Assembly: GCA_963840885.1 (NCBI GenBank)
Contig: CAWJAN010000004.1
Location: 47,984 to 111,983, forward strand
Direction: 5' to 3'
From: an uncultured bacterium
Lineage (GTDB): Bacteria > Patescibacteriota > Minisyncoccia > Phycocordibacterales > GWA1-40-21
DNA: 64,000 nucleotides
In this document: positions 36,477 through 46,137 of the stretch, one piece after another
Position numbering within the stretch: the stretch's first letter is position 1
Layout of the letters: each line of letters opens with the position of its first letter
The notes under the pieces: generated by a model
Told to the model about the DNA's origin: nothing
The model's input: only the letters and a program-made list of their open reading frames with translations
Database searches by the model: none
Program-made: the position numbers and the translations under genes

Positions 36477-36719
36477 TTATTTTTCTGATTTAGCTTTCTT
36501 TGCCGGAGCCTTTATGGTGCTCTTTTCCTTCCTTGCCCTGAATTTCTCGACTCTGCCAGCGGTATCGAGAACCTTTTCCGCACCCGTATATACCGGATGG
36601 CAATTGGCGCATATTTCAACATGTATGTCTTCTTTGGTTGAACCGAAATCATAAACAGCCCCGCATGAACATACGGTCTTGCCTTTGTTGAAATAAACTG
36701 GATGTATACCCTTTTTCAT
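36477..36719 (-). CDS. rpmE: 50S ribosomal protein bL31
   Basis: [46 protein letters not shown] is canonical bL31 with CxxC...CxxH. Confidence 0.85.
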   Translation of the reverse strand: MKKGIHPVYFNKGKTVCSCGAVYDFGSTKEDIHVEICANCHPVYTGAEKVLDTAGRVEKFRARKEKSTIKAPAKKAKSEK

Positions 36720-36764
36720 AAGTTGACATCATAACAAAAAAGCAGGAAAAATCAAGGGCATATT

Positions 36765-38177
36765 CTATAAGCTGAGCGTCTGGATATCGCTTGCAAACTG
36801 TGTCGCCCTCTGTGCAACCTGATACCCATAGCTGTAGGTAGGATACATAAAATTCGTAAGGCTTGTTCCCTTCAAGTTGAGTCCTCCGTAATATTTTGCC
36901 GCCGAACAAGCCCAGATATCCCATTGTTTCGTAAAGGCGGTCTTGCATCTGGCTTGAGCATCGGCAAGATACAATCCGGTAGCTACGAAAGCGTCTTTGT
37001 TGTTGAATGGCGAAGGCAAAATAGAATTTATTACTGATGCGACTCTGTCCTTATATCCGCTCTGAGTACCGACATTCCACCAAGTGGTCGGCATGAATTG
37101 CGCTGGTCCCATAGCGCCGCCGTAAGCGCCATCGGAATAAATAGGGCAAGATACCGGAGTAGTGTTTGGATTCATGCCGAGATCTGACATTATTGCCAGA
37201 AACGAAGGTATCTGCGAAGGGCTCATGACGGTGTCAGCGCTATTTTGAGCAGCCTGGTTGTAATAGCATTTGCCGAGATTTTTTCCTATCAGGCCGTCCA
37301 CAGAAGTTTCCTGGGTGAGAATGGCAAGTATGAGAGCCGAGCTTACGCCGATTGTGCTTTCATAAGGCTGTATTACCTGCAAGGCCTGGCCGAATGTAAG
37401 CTCTTCTCCGCCGACTGTCTTGAAAAGCCTGTTGCTTATCTGGGCCTTCAATTTTTGCTTGTTGGCAATCACTTGCTGTGCAGCAGCCGCGCTCAATTTT
37501 GCCGCAGCCAGAATTTGTGTCTTTTCATTCTTTAATCCTACAAGAGTATTTTTTGTCTGTACCTGCTCATACTCAAGCTTCTGGACCTGAGCTTGTTTTG
37601 CTTCAAGATCAGCCTTTTCGGATTCAGTCGTGGTTTCTATTCCGCTCAACTGGCCCATGAGATCATCCAGCTTGCCGTTTATCGTCGCATAATTGTCTGA
37701 ATTTTTAAGAAAATCCGAAAGATTTTCACTTGATAAAAGAATTTCCAGCGGATTATCGTTCTCGAGTGCAAAGCTTTGCCTTATTATTTGCGCTATTGAT
37801 TTTTTTATAGTATCCATCTGATCATTCAGCTGACCTATATATTGCTGTTTCTGCGTTATATTGGAACCAAGCTGCTTGATCTGCGCATTCTGGGCGTTTA
37901 TCTGCAGAGTCGATTTGTTTATGCTTGCCGTCAGGCTTGATATATCTCCATTCAAAGTGGTTTGCTGCTGCTGGTTGGCATCCAAAATAGCCTGCTGCTG
38001 GTTAATTTCCACATCACATTCGTTCAATATGGACTGAAGCTCGGCATCGGTTTTTCCATCCAAATTTCCGCTATCGCAAGTCACCGCCAAAGAATTATTA
38101 GGCAGCGCAAAAGCGGTAAAAATCACAAGCATTATGAATAAAACTGCTCCTGCCGTGTATTTGGACATTCTTATCAT
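36765..38177 (-). CDS. Secreted coiled-coil protein with a C-terminal lytic-transglycosylase (SLT)-like domain
   Basis: Signal/TM segment, then ~250 aa Q/N-rich coiled coil. The C-terminus has ..ILAILTQETS.. (catalytic Glu-Ser motif) and ..GPAQFMPTTW.. (G.MQ.MP.T). Confidence 0.5.
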   Translation of the reverse strand: MIRMSKYTAGAVLFIMLVIFTAFALPNNSLAVTCDSGNLDGKTDAELQSILNECDVEINQQQAILDANQQQQTTLNGDISSLTASINKSTLQINAQNAQIKQLGSNITQKQQYIGQLNDQMDTIKKSIAQIIRQSFALENDNPLEILLSSENLSDFLKNSDNYATINGKLDDLMGQLSGIETTTESEKADLEAKQAQVQKLEYEQVQTKNTLVGLKNEKTQILAAAKLSAAAAQQVIANKQKLKAQISNRLFKTVGGEELTFGQALQVIQPYESTIGVSSALILAILTQETSVDGLIGKNLGKCYYNQAAQNSADTVMSPSQIPSFLAIMSDLGMNPNTTPVSCPIYSDGAYGGAMGPAQFMPTTWWNVGTQSGYKDRVASVINSILPSPFNNKDAFVATGLYLADAQARCKTAFTKQWDIWACSAAKYYGGLNLKGTSLTNFMYPTYSYGYQVAQRATQFASDIQTLSL

Positions 38178-38206
38178 TCTACAACATAATTATACGAACT
38201 TAAAGA

Positions 38207-38237
38207 TAAAAAGACGCCGGTATTCGGCCGGCGTCTT
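38207..38237. terminator. Terminator hairpin (AAAAAGACGCCGG..CCGGCGTCTTTTT)
   Basis: Perfect GC-rich inverted repeat flanked by A and T runs, downstream of rplY. Confidence 0.55.
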
Positions 38238-38244
38238 TTTAAAA

Positions 38245-38916
38245 TTATTTCTTTTCTTCTTTCTTTGGAGCTTCAGCTGTTTCTGCTCCCGCTTCGCCTT
38301 CTTTGGCTTCTTTTCCTTTCTTGGCGACTTCTATAGCCGATAGATCAACCGTCTTTTCTTCGACGACTTCTTCTTTAGGCTCGTAAACGGAAGCGACTAT
38401 TTCAGAAGGTTTAACCATTAGCTCAACTCCTGCTGGAAGCTTTATATCACCTGCAGTTATAACGCTGTCAAAAGTAGCGAGCTTGGAAATATCTACGCTA
38501 AGATTATGGGGAAGATCCTTAGGCAAAGCTTCTATTTCAACTTCATGCATAACCTTTACAAGTATTCCTCCGAGATCCTTGACTGCGGGAGCGATTCCAA
38601 TGAATTCAAGAGAAACCTTTACTTCGATTTTTTTGTCTTTTTCCACAGCGTGGAAATCTGCATGCCTTGGATTGTCGGTAACCGGATCAAAATCGACATC
38701 GGCGATAAGAGCGTCGACATCTATGCCAGTGCCTTTCAAGTGGATTATTGTGGATTCTCCGGCTTCTTTCAAAGCTTTTTCAAAAACATTGTAAGGGAGC
38801 TGTATGGGAGTGGTTTTTTCTTTCTTGCCGTAAAAAACAGCGGGGATTTTTCCCTCTTTCCTGATTTTTGACACTTTTTCCTTCAAATCTCTTTTTTCTA
38901 CATCCAATGTAATCAT
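38245..38916 (-). CDS. rplY: 50S ribosomal protein bL25 / general stress protein Ctc
   Basis: MITLDVEKRDLKEKVSKIRKEGKIPAVFYGKKEK.. matches the bL25 N-terminus. The acidic K/E/A-rich C-terminal tail is typical of the Ctc form. Confidence 0.8.
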   Translation of the reverse strand: MITLDVEKRDLKEKVSKIRKEGKIPAVFYGKKEKTTPIQLPYNVFEKALKEAGESTIIHLKGTGIDVDALIADVDFDPVTDNPRHADFHAVEKDKKIEVKVSLEFIGIAPAVKDLGGILVKVMHEVEIEALPKDLPHNLSVDISKLATFDSVITAGDIKLPAGVELMVKPSEIVASVYEPKEEVVEEKTVDLSAIEVAKKGKEAKEGEAGAETAEAPKKEEKK

Positions 38917-38967
38917 GGATTGGTATTATACATAAATAAAACAATTAATCAATAAGAAAACGGCTCG

Positions 38968-39102
38968 CTATTTGCGAGCCGTTTTATTGAAGCGATTTTT
39001 TGATTCCATTATCCTTGATTTGTAGAAAAAAGGACGAACCAAATTCCACAAAAAACCGAAAGCTAAAAACAATGTTAGTACGATAACAGCAAATTCTTTC
39101 AT
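38968..39102 (-). CDS. Possible small membrane peptide (44 aa)
   Basis: MKEFAVIVLTLFLAFGFLWNLVRPFFYKSRIMESKNRFNKTARK. A G-rich SD (AGGGGG) lies 5 nt upstream. The stop lies within a terminator hairpin at 38950-38980. Confidence 0.25.
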   Translation of the reverse strand: MKEFAVIVLTLFLAFGFLWNLVRPFFYKSRIMESKNRFNKTARK

Positions 39103-39200
39103 TGTTCCCCCTTCTTTTAATCAAGTTAAGATCCTTATTTACCATATAATTATAAATCCAGAAAGTCAACCTTTGGCCAGATATTAAAAAACGGGCCTTC

Positions 39201-39398
39201 TTATGGCCCGTTTTTCTTATCTTTTTGTTTTTGCACGTAATCTGCGGCATAAGCTATCTCCTGCCGGATCGCATCGACAGCCCTGTTTATGGAATTATTG
39301 ATGACCATAAGGAAACAGAATACGCCGAGACCGAGGTACAAGCTTTTACCGTACGCGCCTATGCATACGGAACACAAAACCATGAAAATAAGTCGCAC
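39201..39398 (-). CDS. Hypothetical small membrane protein (65 aa)
   Basis: N-terminal hydrophobic helix. A terminator hairpin lies downstream at ~39185-39215. Confidence 0.3.
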   Translation of the reverse strand: MRLIFMVLCSVCIGAYGKSLYLGLGVFCFLMVINNSINRAVDAIRQEIAYAADYVQKQKDKKNGP

Positions 39399-39413
39399 GG
39401 TAAACCTCCTTTA

Positions 39414-39650
39414 TTATTTTTCTCTGACAAATTCAAATCTTGGTTTTTTCTGTCCTTCGACTTCAACTTCTTCCGTAAACATTGCTACAGGTCTTGCCCA
39501 AAATTTTGATTTTGGATTATCATACAAAGCTTCGTATAAAACTAAATCTTCCAGATTTTCGGAATTTTTTCCAACACCGATAACTCTGTACAAATTTCCT
39601 GTTTTAGAATGTTTGTAAATACCTGGTTTAATTTCCATTGAAATCTCCAT
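39414..39650 (-). CDS. DUF1653-family small protein
   Basis: ..GIYKHSKTGNLYRVIGVGKNSENLEDLVLYEALYDNPKSKFWARPVAMF.. shows the conserved Tyr/Trp pattern of DUF1653. Confidence 0.5.
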   Translation of the reverse strand: MEISMEIKPGIYKHSKTGNLYRVIGVGKNSENLEDLVLYEALYDNPKSKFWARPVAMFTEEVEVEGQKKPRFEFVREK

Positions 39651-39691
39651 TAGTTTATGGTAGATGCTTCTAACTTATATATTACACAAAA

Positions 39692-40408
39692 CTAGAAATT
39701 TTGCATTTTCTTTATAGCCGACTTTATATCGTCGCTTCCATAAATAGCTGAGCCGGATACCAGCTTATTGGCTCCCGCTTCAACTATATCCTCAGCATCT
39801 TCAAAACTTACTCCGCCGTCCACTCCAACTATGGCTTCAGGAAAATTTTCCTTGAAATCGCTTATCTTGTCTAGAACATCGCGGTCAAAAGGCTGGCCTT
39901 GGTATCCTATCTTTTTTATTCCCATGAACTGCACGAAATCAGCAAGTGTCCTGCCGGCAGCGTTTGGCCTGAAATATTCGGCGAGCGCCTCATTCGGCGT
40001 ATCGGGATTTATGGAAACTCCTATCTCTACGTCGTAAGAAGATTCTCCGAAATATCCGTATTTGTTTCTCAGATCTTTTATGAGCTGGAAAACTCCTTTG
40101 GAAGATTCTAGATGTATGATGATCCTTTTTGCTCCGGCTTTTATCCAGTTTTCTGCCACAAATTCCGGCGCCGCCACCATGAGGTCCGCTTCGAAATCCA
40201 AAGATTCCCAGAAAGGAAATCCTTCATCCTCATTGATTATTTTTTCGAATTCCCCGCCGTCGTTTATATATGGCCAGCACTTTGACGGCACGAACTTCCC
40301 GTCGCAGACATCAATCTGCACAACGGGAACTATGCCGTTAACTTGCGTCATCTTTTCTTTAAGATCGTCGAACGATTCGGCTATTATTGCTGGAACTACT
40401 TCTACCAT
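39692..40408 (-). CDS. rpe: Ribulose-phosphate 3-epimerase-family TIM-barrel protein
   Basis: ..VVPAIIAESFDDLKEKM.....VVQIDVCDGKFVPS.. resembles the Rpe N-terminus (metal-binding D/H positions). Adjacent to rpiB. The start is taken at the internal Met to avoid overlap. Confidence 0.5.
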   Translation of the reverse strand: MVEVVPAIIAESFDDLKEKMTQVNGIVPVVQIDVCDGKFVPSKCWPYINDGGEFEKIINEDEGFPFWESLDFEADLMVAAPEFVAENWIKAGAKRIIIHLESSKGVFQLIKDLRNKYGYFGESSYDVEIGVSINPDTPNEALAEYFRPNAAGRTLADFVQFMGIKKIGYQGQPFDRDVLDKISDFKENFPEAIVGVDGGVSFEDAEDIVEAGANKLVSGSAIYGSDDIKSAIKKMQNF

Positions 40409-40415
40409 TTTGTTT

Positions 40416-40940
40416 TTACTTGAATTCAAAATTATTTCTAATTTTCCTAGAAATGACTTCTATCTCCTTATTCCTTCTTTTATGCCTCTCTTCTCCAGAA
40501 AAAGGAGTGGAAAGCCATTCTTTGACGGCTTTTTTCGCCTGCTTGAGATTCATGAATCTTGCGCCTAAAGAAAGGATATTGGAATTATTGTGCTCTTTGC
40601 CGAGCTTTATGACATCGAGCTTTTTGAAAAATCCCGGCTCGCCGTAATAAACAATGGCGCGGACATTAGGATATCTGTTTGCGATAATGGCTTCGCCTTG
40701 GCCGGAGCCGCCTAAAATTATTCCTATATTGTTTTCGGGATTCTGCGCTACATGATTGGCGACTTTTGAGATATAGATCGGAAAATCATCAGTGGGAATA
40801 TATTTGTAATCGCCACAATCGACGACTTCGTATCCGAGTTTTTTTACAAATGGCACAAGGCCTTCTTTCATGGCAAATCCCGCATGGTCGGTGCCTATAT
40901 AAACTTTTGGCTTGTGGCTTCTGTATCCAAGGTGCTTCAT
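40416..40940 (-). CDS. rpiB: Ribose-5-phosphate isomerase B (RpiB/LacAB family)
   Basis: KVYIGTDHAGFAMKEGL...VVDCG...IILGGSGQGEAIIANRYPNVRA shows typical RpiB motifs, including the catalytic Cys. Confidence 0.8.
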   Translation of the reverse strand: MKHLGYRSHKPKVYIGTDHAGFAMKEGLVPFVKKLGYEVVDCGDYKYIPTDDFPIYISKVANHVAQNPENNIGIILGGSGQGEAIIANRYPNVRAIVYYGEPGFFKKLDVIKLGKEHNNSNILSLGARFMNLKQAKKAVKEWLSTPFSGEERHKRRNKEIEVISRKIRNNFEFK

Positions 40941-40956
40941 GAGAAGAATTATAACA

Positions 40957-42381
40957 CTAGCCGATAACTTCCAGTAGTACTTTTTTTATGGATTGTGGAT
41001 TAGCTGAACCTTTCGTTTCTTTCATCACTTGTCCGACTAAGAATTGCAGCGAAGCTTCCTTTCCTCCCTTATAATCGGCAGCGACCTTAGGATTTTCCGC
41101 AACAATTTTCTCAATAATAGATTTCAGAGCCCCTTCATCGCTATGCTGGATAAGTCCTTCTTTTTCTGCGACTTCTTCAGGATTGATATCTTTTTCTACA
41201 AGGCGCAGAACCATATCTTTTGCGGTTCTTGATGAAAGTTTTCCTTCCGATATCATCGTTATAATCTTGGCGAATTTCTTATCACTTGGGTATTTAAGTT
41301 CCGGATTTTTCGACATAAGCCCCACGAGATCGGAGGAGATATAGTTTGAAGCGAGCTTTACCAGATTCTTGTCATTCCCAAAATCAGCTATGACTTTTTC
41401 AAAAAAATTTCCGAGCTCTATGTTTCCGACGAAGCTTTCCGCGACGACTTCATTTATGCCGAATGTCTTTATGTATTTTTCCCTTCTCTGCCATGGCAGC
41501 TCCGGCAATTCCTCTTTCAATTTTTTCAAATCAAAAACTTCGGAAAACATCATCTTCGGCAGGTCAGGATCAGGAAAATACCTGTAATCATGCGAGCTTT
41601 CCTTTAGCCTCTGGGAAAAAGTTTTTTGTTTTGCATCGTCCCAGCCGCGCGTTTCCTGAACTATTTTCTCGCCATTCTCCAAAGCTTCAATATGCCTTTC
41701 AATCTCATATTCAATCGCTTTTTCCACCGCTTTGAAAGAATTTATGTTCTTTACCTCGACTTTTGTTCCGAGTTTTTCTTTTTCCTTGCTCACTGAGATA
41801 TTTGCTTCAACTCTCATTTCACCTTTTTCCATATTAGCGTCTCCCGCGCCTAGATATTGCAAAAGCAATTGGAGCTCTCTGGCAAAATCTCCGGCGGTCT
41901 TTGCATCATGAATGACCGGCTCGGTGACAAGCTCCATCAAGGGCAAGCCGGCGCGGTTGAAATCGACAAGAGAAAAATCTCCCTTATCATGGGACGACCT
42001 TCCCGTATCTTCTTCAAGATGGATTCTTGTCAGCTCCACTCCGTTTATGGATCCTCCGGAAACTATAGGATATTTGTACTGTGATATCTGATAGCCTTTC
42101 GGAATATCCGGGTAGAAATAATTCTTTCTGTCCCATTCGGTAAAGTCGGCTATTTTAGAACCGCAAGCAAGGCCGACTTGTATGACCTTTTTTATGGCAT
42201 CATGATTTAAAACCGGCAATGTTCCCGGCTGTGCCGTGCAGACTTCGCAGATATTGACGTTTGGACGCTTTTCATCCGGATCGTTCTTGCAGGAGCAGAA
42301 CATCTTAGTCCGAGTTTTCAGTTCGGCATGGATTTCAAGGCCTATTGTAGCTAGATATTTATTTTTCAGTTCTTCAGTCAT
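40957..42381 (-). CDS. gatB: Asp-tRNA(Asn)/Glu-tRNA(Gln) amidotransferase subunit B
   Basis: IGLEIHAELKTRTKMFCSC....NVNICEVCTAQPGTLPVLN is the canonical GatB N-terminus. Length 474 aa. No gatA or gatC is adjacent. Confidence 0.9.
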   Translation of the reverse strand: MTEELKNKYLATIGLEIHAELKTRTKMFCSCKNDPDEKRPNVNICEVCTAQPGTLPVLNHDAIKKVIQVGLACGSKIADFTEWDRKNYFYPDIPKGYQISQYKYPIVSGGSINGVELTRIHLEEDTGRSSHDKGDFSLVDFNRAGLPLMELVTEPVIHDAKTAGDFARELQLLLQYLGAGDANMEKGEMRVEANISVSKEKEKLGTKVEVKNINSFKAVEKAIEYEIERHIEALENGEKIVQETRGWDDAKQKTFSQRLKESSHDYRYFPDPDLPKMMFSEVFDLKKLKEELPELPWQRREKYIKTFGINEVVAESFVGNIELGNFFEKVIADFGNDKNLVKLASNYISSDLVGLMSKNPELKYPSDKKFAKIITMISEGKLSSRTAKDMVLRLVEKDINPEEVAEKEGLIQHSDEGALKSIIEKIVAENPKVAADYKGGKEASLQFLVGQVMKETKGSANPQSIKKVLLEVIG

Positions 42382-42489
42382 GAAACTTAAATATAGCTTA
42401 TTTTAAGGTGTTTTTATATACTTGACAATATAATAAATTTAATATAAAAAATAAGTAGAAGTAGCTCTATTATTAAAGGAGGGATTCTG

Positions 42490-42651
42490 TGAAGAAAAAA
42501 ATATATTATGTTGCTGTCTGGATTGGCGGCGTAGCTGTAATGGTATGTGTTCATTTGCATTATTACGAAGGAGTTACAGGATTTGCGGTCCTAACTCTTT
42601 TGAATTTATCTCGTTATACAGTCGAGACGCTAAAAGAAGAAGGTTTTTAAA
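42490..42651 (+). CDS. Possible small membrane protein (53 aa, GTG start)
   Basis: A strong RBS AAGGAGGG lies 7 nt upstream of the GTG. The peptide VKKKIYYVAVWIGGVAVMVCVHLHYYEGVTGFAVLTLL.. is hydrophobic. A terminator hairpin lies at 42652-42683. A possible TTGACA -35 is at 42422. Confidence 0.35.
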
Positions 42652-42679
42652 AAGGCGGGTCGCTTGCGGCCCGCCTATT

Positions 42680-43657
42680 TTATTTTTCTTCTTTCCTCAA
42701 AACTTTTATCAGATTGTCTTTCAGCTTCTTTATCGATTTATCGTCCAAAATGGTTGCTGTCAGAATATTCTTATTTAGCTTTGAAATCTTTTTTACGGCT
42801 TTATCTAACGTCTTCTCGTCCACCATATCGGTCTTGGTAAGGATAACCACTTCCTTCTTGTCTTCAAGCTCATCGGCGTAAAGCTTCAGCTCCTGCCTGA
42901 TAATTTTGTAATCTGAAACCAAGTCCGCGCTTTCAAGCGAAAGGCAGTGGAATAAAACTTTTGTCCTTTTTATATGCTTCAGAAATTTGTGGCCCAAACC
43001 TCTTCCTTCCGAAGCTCCCTCTATAAGCCCAGGAATGTCGGCTAAAATATATCCGTGCATATCGCCGAGATACGGCTCAAGAGTCGTAAACTGATACGCG
43101 CCAATTTTCGATTTTGCATTCGTCAAAGCATTGAGAAGCGAAGATTTTCCGGCATTCGGCAGGCCGATCAGTCCCGCATCCGCCACAAGCTCAACTTCGA
43201 TATCGAAACCGGCTTCTTCCCCTTCTTTTCCGTCCGTCTGCTGCATTGGCTTTTGATTTATAGCACTTTTGAAATACTCGTTTCCGAGTCCGCCTTTTCC
43301 GCCGTTTAATATTTTTACGATTTCATTGTCGTTTTCAAGATTGAATTTTTCCCTGGTGACAAGGTTTATCGCTATCGAGCCGACTGGAATATCTATTATG
43401 AGGTCTTTTCCTTTTGCGCCGCTTTTGGACTTGTTCATTCCGTCTTGTCCGTTTTCGGCGGAAAATTCTTTGGTATTTTTATACCGGAAAAGTATTCCTA
43501 TATCGCGAACGGTGCGCAAATATACGTCTCCGCCTTTTCCGCCGTTTCCTCCGGCGGGGCCGGAAAATTCCTTGCCTTTTTCATGAAGCCAGCGCACCAC
43601 GCCATTGCCGCCTCTTCCGGCTTTTATATTTATTTTTAATTCGTCGATGAATGCCAT
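42680..43657 (-). CDS. obg: GTPase Obg (N-terminal Obg fold plus G domain; no C-terminal OCT domain)
   Basis: MAFIDELKINIKAGRGGNGVVRWLHEKGKEFSGPAGGNGGKGGDVYL is the glycine-rich Obg fold. The G domain has GLPNAGKSSLLNA. Confidence 0.85.
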   Translation of the reverse strand: MAFIDELKINIKAGRGGNGVVRWLHEKGKEFSGPAGGNGGKGGDVYLRTVRDIGILFRYKNTKEFSAENGQDGMNKSKSGAKGKDLIIDIPVGSIAINLVTREKFNLENDNEIVKILNGGKGGLGNEYFKSAINQKPMQQTDGKEGEEAGFDIEVELVADAGLIGLPNAGKSSLLNALTNAKSKIGAYQFTTLEPYLGDMHGYILADIPGLIEGASEGRGLGHKFLKHIKRTKVLFHCLSLESADLVSDYKIIRQELKLYADELEDKKEVVILTKTDMVDEKTLDKAVKKISKLNKNILTATILDDKSIKKLKDNLIKVLRKEEK

Positions 43658-43671
43658 GATGAATCAGAAGT

Positions 43672-44571
43672 CTAATGTTTATTACCCTTTAAAGCAAGCT
43701 GTGCAAGCGCAAGTGCCCCTTCTTTTGATTTTGCACCAGCTACAAAAAGATTCCTGTGGCAAAATATCGCATCAGGAACACCGGTAATTTTTGCAAGATC
43801 CTTGCCAGTCTTTGCCGCCCAAGATTTAGGCATGTCCATCCTATTTTTGAATTTCGAACCAGGTTTTCTCAGAGCTTTTAAGCCCCACGCTCCGTTTGGC
43901 CTTGGGCTTACGACAAAAAGCGGCTCCTTATATTTGTCGAGAACATGCTTCCAGGAATAATCCTCATTGAACACTATTATTCTTTTGTCTTTTGTTTTTT
44001 TGTAAATTTCCACTACTTTCTTGTCGCTTGAAATGCTCCCTTTTATCCTTTCCACTTCCCTTTTGAGCATCTTTGCGCATTCTTTTGCGGCTTTCTTGAA
44101 AGCAGAAAGCGAACTGACATTCTTTTCTATCCTTGTGGGATTGAAAGCGTATATGTAGTCGAAAAAAGAAAACGGCTTTACATGCTGGATGACTTCTTTA
44201 TATATCTCTATTCCGTTGTCCTCGGCATCGAGCGGCTGGATTATTTTATAATCTATTATTTTCCAGACTTCTTCAGAACCGGCAATTTTCATTCCATAAT
44301 ATTTCCAAGCCAGTCCTGCGGAAGAATAAACCACTCCGTTCTTTCTCTTCAGCTTGAAGCTCGCCTGATGATGGTCAAACTTGTGTTTTTTAGGATTAAA
44401 TTCCCCTCCCACATCAAAAATATAATCTGCTTTCGCCCAGTCTTTCGGCTTTCTGGAACGGATTATGTGAATAGGCTTTTTCAAATACAGTGACATTATG
44501 GCTATAGCCATTACATCATCAGGATGGAATGCGTCGCTATGTGTCACAACTATCGGCTTATTTGGAGACAT
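43672..44571 (-). CDS. MYG1/UPF0160-family metal-dependent hydrolase
   Basis: N-terminus IVVTHSDAFHPDDVMAIAI.. followed by ..FDHHQ.. resembles the MYG1/GAMM1 His-rich motifs. Length ~300 aa fits the family. Confidence 0.55.
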   Translation of the reverse strand: MSPNKPIVVTHSDAFHPDDVMAIAIMSLYLKKPIHIIRSRKPKDWAKADYIFDVGGEFNPKKHKFDHHQASFKLKRKNGVVYSSAGLAWKYYGMKIAGSEEVWKIIDYKIIQPLDAEDNGIEIYKEVIQHVKPFSFFDYIYAFNPTRIEKNVSSLSAFKKAAKECAKMLKREVERIKGSISSDKKVVEIYKKTKDKRIIVFNEDYSWKHVLDKYKEPLFVVSPRPNGAWGLKALRKPGSKFKNRMDMPKSWAAKTGKDLAKITGVPDAIFCHRNLFVAGAKSKEGALALAQLALKGNKH

Positions 44572-44662
44572 CTTCGTTTGAATTATCGGCTAATTATACA
44601 CAAAATCCGGTTTTTATAAAGTTTTTAGACTTAATAAAAAACGGAATGGCATTCTATTATTT

Positions 44663-45700
44663 CTATTTCAAATATTCCTTAATATTCTGTTCATGTTCTG
44701 CATATGTATCGGCACAGTGGATCTGCCCGCTAGAGTCGTGCAGATAATACAGGCACGATGTCGTCGCTGGATTTAGGACTGCATCAATAGCATCAAGGCC
44801 TGGGTCGCAGATAGGGCTTGGTGGAAGACCTTTGTTCAAATAAGTGTTATATGGCGACGTTATGCTTGTATCTACAGCTTTTATAGGTGCCCACCAGCTT
44901 CCATCGCTCGAATAATTCGGCAACTGAGTTCCAGTCGGTGCTTCGCCGTAATGAGTTATATCGTCATCTATATATTGAATGGTCGAATCGATATCGAGCT
45001 CCATTCCGGCAGATAGTCTATTCCATATTATGCCGGCAATGAGCGGCATATCGCCGGTTCCCGCCGCTTCGCGCTGCACGATCGAAGCAATTTTTAGCGC
45101 CGTCGTCCACTTTATGTTTGCTGAAGCGAATTTTTCGGTATATAGCTGGAATTTTCCATTGAACTCATTTATGAATATCTGCGCCACCTGAGCCGGAGTA
45201 TCATTCACCGGAATAAGATAAGAATCCGGAAAATAAACTCCTTCCATATAATCACTCTCTGTATCTGTATCTTTCGTAATCCATTCGGTTTTTTCCGCAT
45301 CGCTCCAGCCAAGATTTTCCGCAAGAATTTCAGCGATCTGCTCCTTGCGCAATCCCTCAGGAATAACGATCCATTTCATATACGGGCTTTTGAGCGCATC
45401 CGCAACTTGCCAAGCAGTCATGCTCTTTGAAATTTTATAGGAACCCGGCGCTACCGAAGATTTTTTCAGCGCATACTCGAAGCCCCATTCGCTTTTTATA
45501 AATCCTTGATCATGCAGGCTTTGTATCGCATCTTGCTCGGATTCGTTCAGCCCGACGACGAAATTTTCAGCTGCCGCATTTTTCGCCGGAGCCCCGAAAA
45601 CGGCTTCATAGCCGAAAAAACAGCCGGAAACGAAAAAAATAAAAATTGCTGCGGCAACCGCAATTATTTTATGCGATATTCCTGTTCTTATTTGTTCCAT
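44663..45700 (-). CDS. mltG: Endolytic murein transglycosylase MltG (YceG-like)
   Basis: N-terminal TM. The YceG motif MEGVYFPDSYLIPVN (EG.L.PDTY) and ..NRLSAGMELDIDSTIQY.. are present. Confidence 0.75.
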   Translation of the reverse strand: MEQIRTGISHKIIAVAAAIFIFFVSGCFFGYEAVFGAPAKNAAAENFVVGLNESEQDAIQSLHDQGFIKSEWGFEYALKKSSVAPGSYKISKSMTAWQVADALKSPYMKWIVIPEGLRKEQIAEILAENLGWSDAEKTEWITKDTDTESDYMEGVYFPDSYLIPVNDTPAQVAQIFINEFNGKFQLYTEKFASANIKWTTALKIASIVQREAAGTGDMPLIAGIIWNRLSAGMELDIDSTIQYIDDDITHYGEAPTGTQLPNYSSDGSWWAPIKAVDTSITSPYNTYLNKGLPPSPICDPGLDAIDAVLNPATTSCLYYLHDSSGQIHCADTYAEHEQNIKEYLK

Positions 45701-45710
45701 ATTATATTGG

Positions 45711-46133
45711 TTAGCCGTTTATTTTTAAGGAATTTTTCAACGAGGTATGTATTGCGGCACCGATTATTCCAAAAATCGCCGCCATAGCAAATAATGTTAC
45801 CAATGAATTCAATCTTATTAAATCAGAAATCCTGTTTGTTATATCGAATTTGGTCCAAGTCAAAAAACCGAATAGGTGGCCAAACGTTAAGGAATACAGC
45901 CATATGAGCGAAAACTGCCTCAAAAATGCGCGGTATAAAGAAATGGCTACAGAAACTGCGACAAAATACCAAAGAAATGGCAGAAGCCATCCAAAATTGC
46001 CGAGGACATTCCATAGCCAAACGACGATCTTATTGCCCTCAGCTCCGCCCAAAGCGATGCCAGCTGCGGTCACGTATGAATCGGCAGACAGAAAAACCGC
46101 GAATAATGCCGACGGTATGATAAGCTCCCGCAT
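45711..46133 (-). CDS. Hypothetical polytopic membrane protein
   Basis: About four hydrophobic helices. The start is uncertain, since the longest ORF overlaps the secA 3' end. Confidence 0.35.
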   Translation of the reverse strand: MRELIIPSALFAVFLSADSYVTAAGIALGGAEGNKIVVWLWNVLGNFGWLLPFLWYFVAVSVAISLYRAFLRQFSLIWLYSLTFGHLFGFLTWTKFDITNRISDLIRLNSLVTLFAMAAIFGIIGAAIHTSLKNSLKING

Positions 46134-46137
46134 TCTA

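Noticed and set aside
42421-42450. Second ACTTGACAAT promoter-like element upstream of the 42490 sORF
   Set aside because: The -35 is perfect, but the -10 (TAAAAA) is weak and ambiguous. It is mentioned under the sortase-promoter finding rather than called as a feature.
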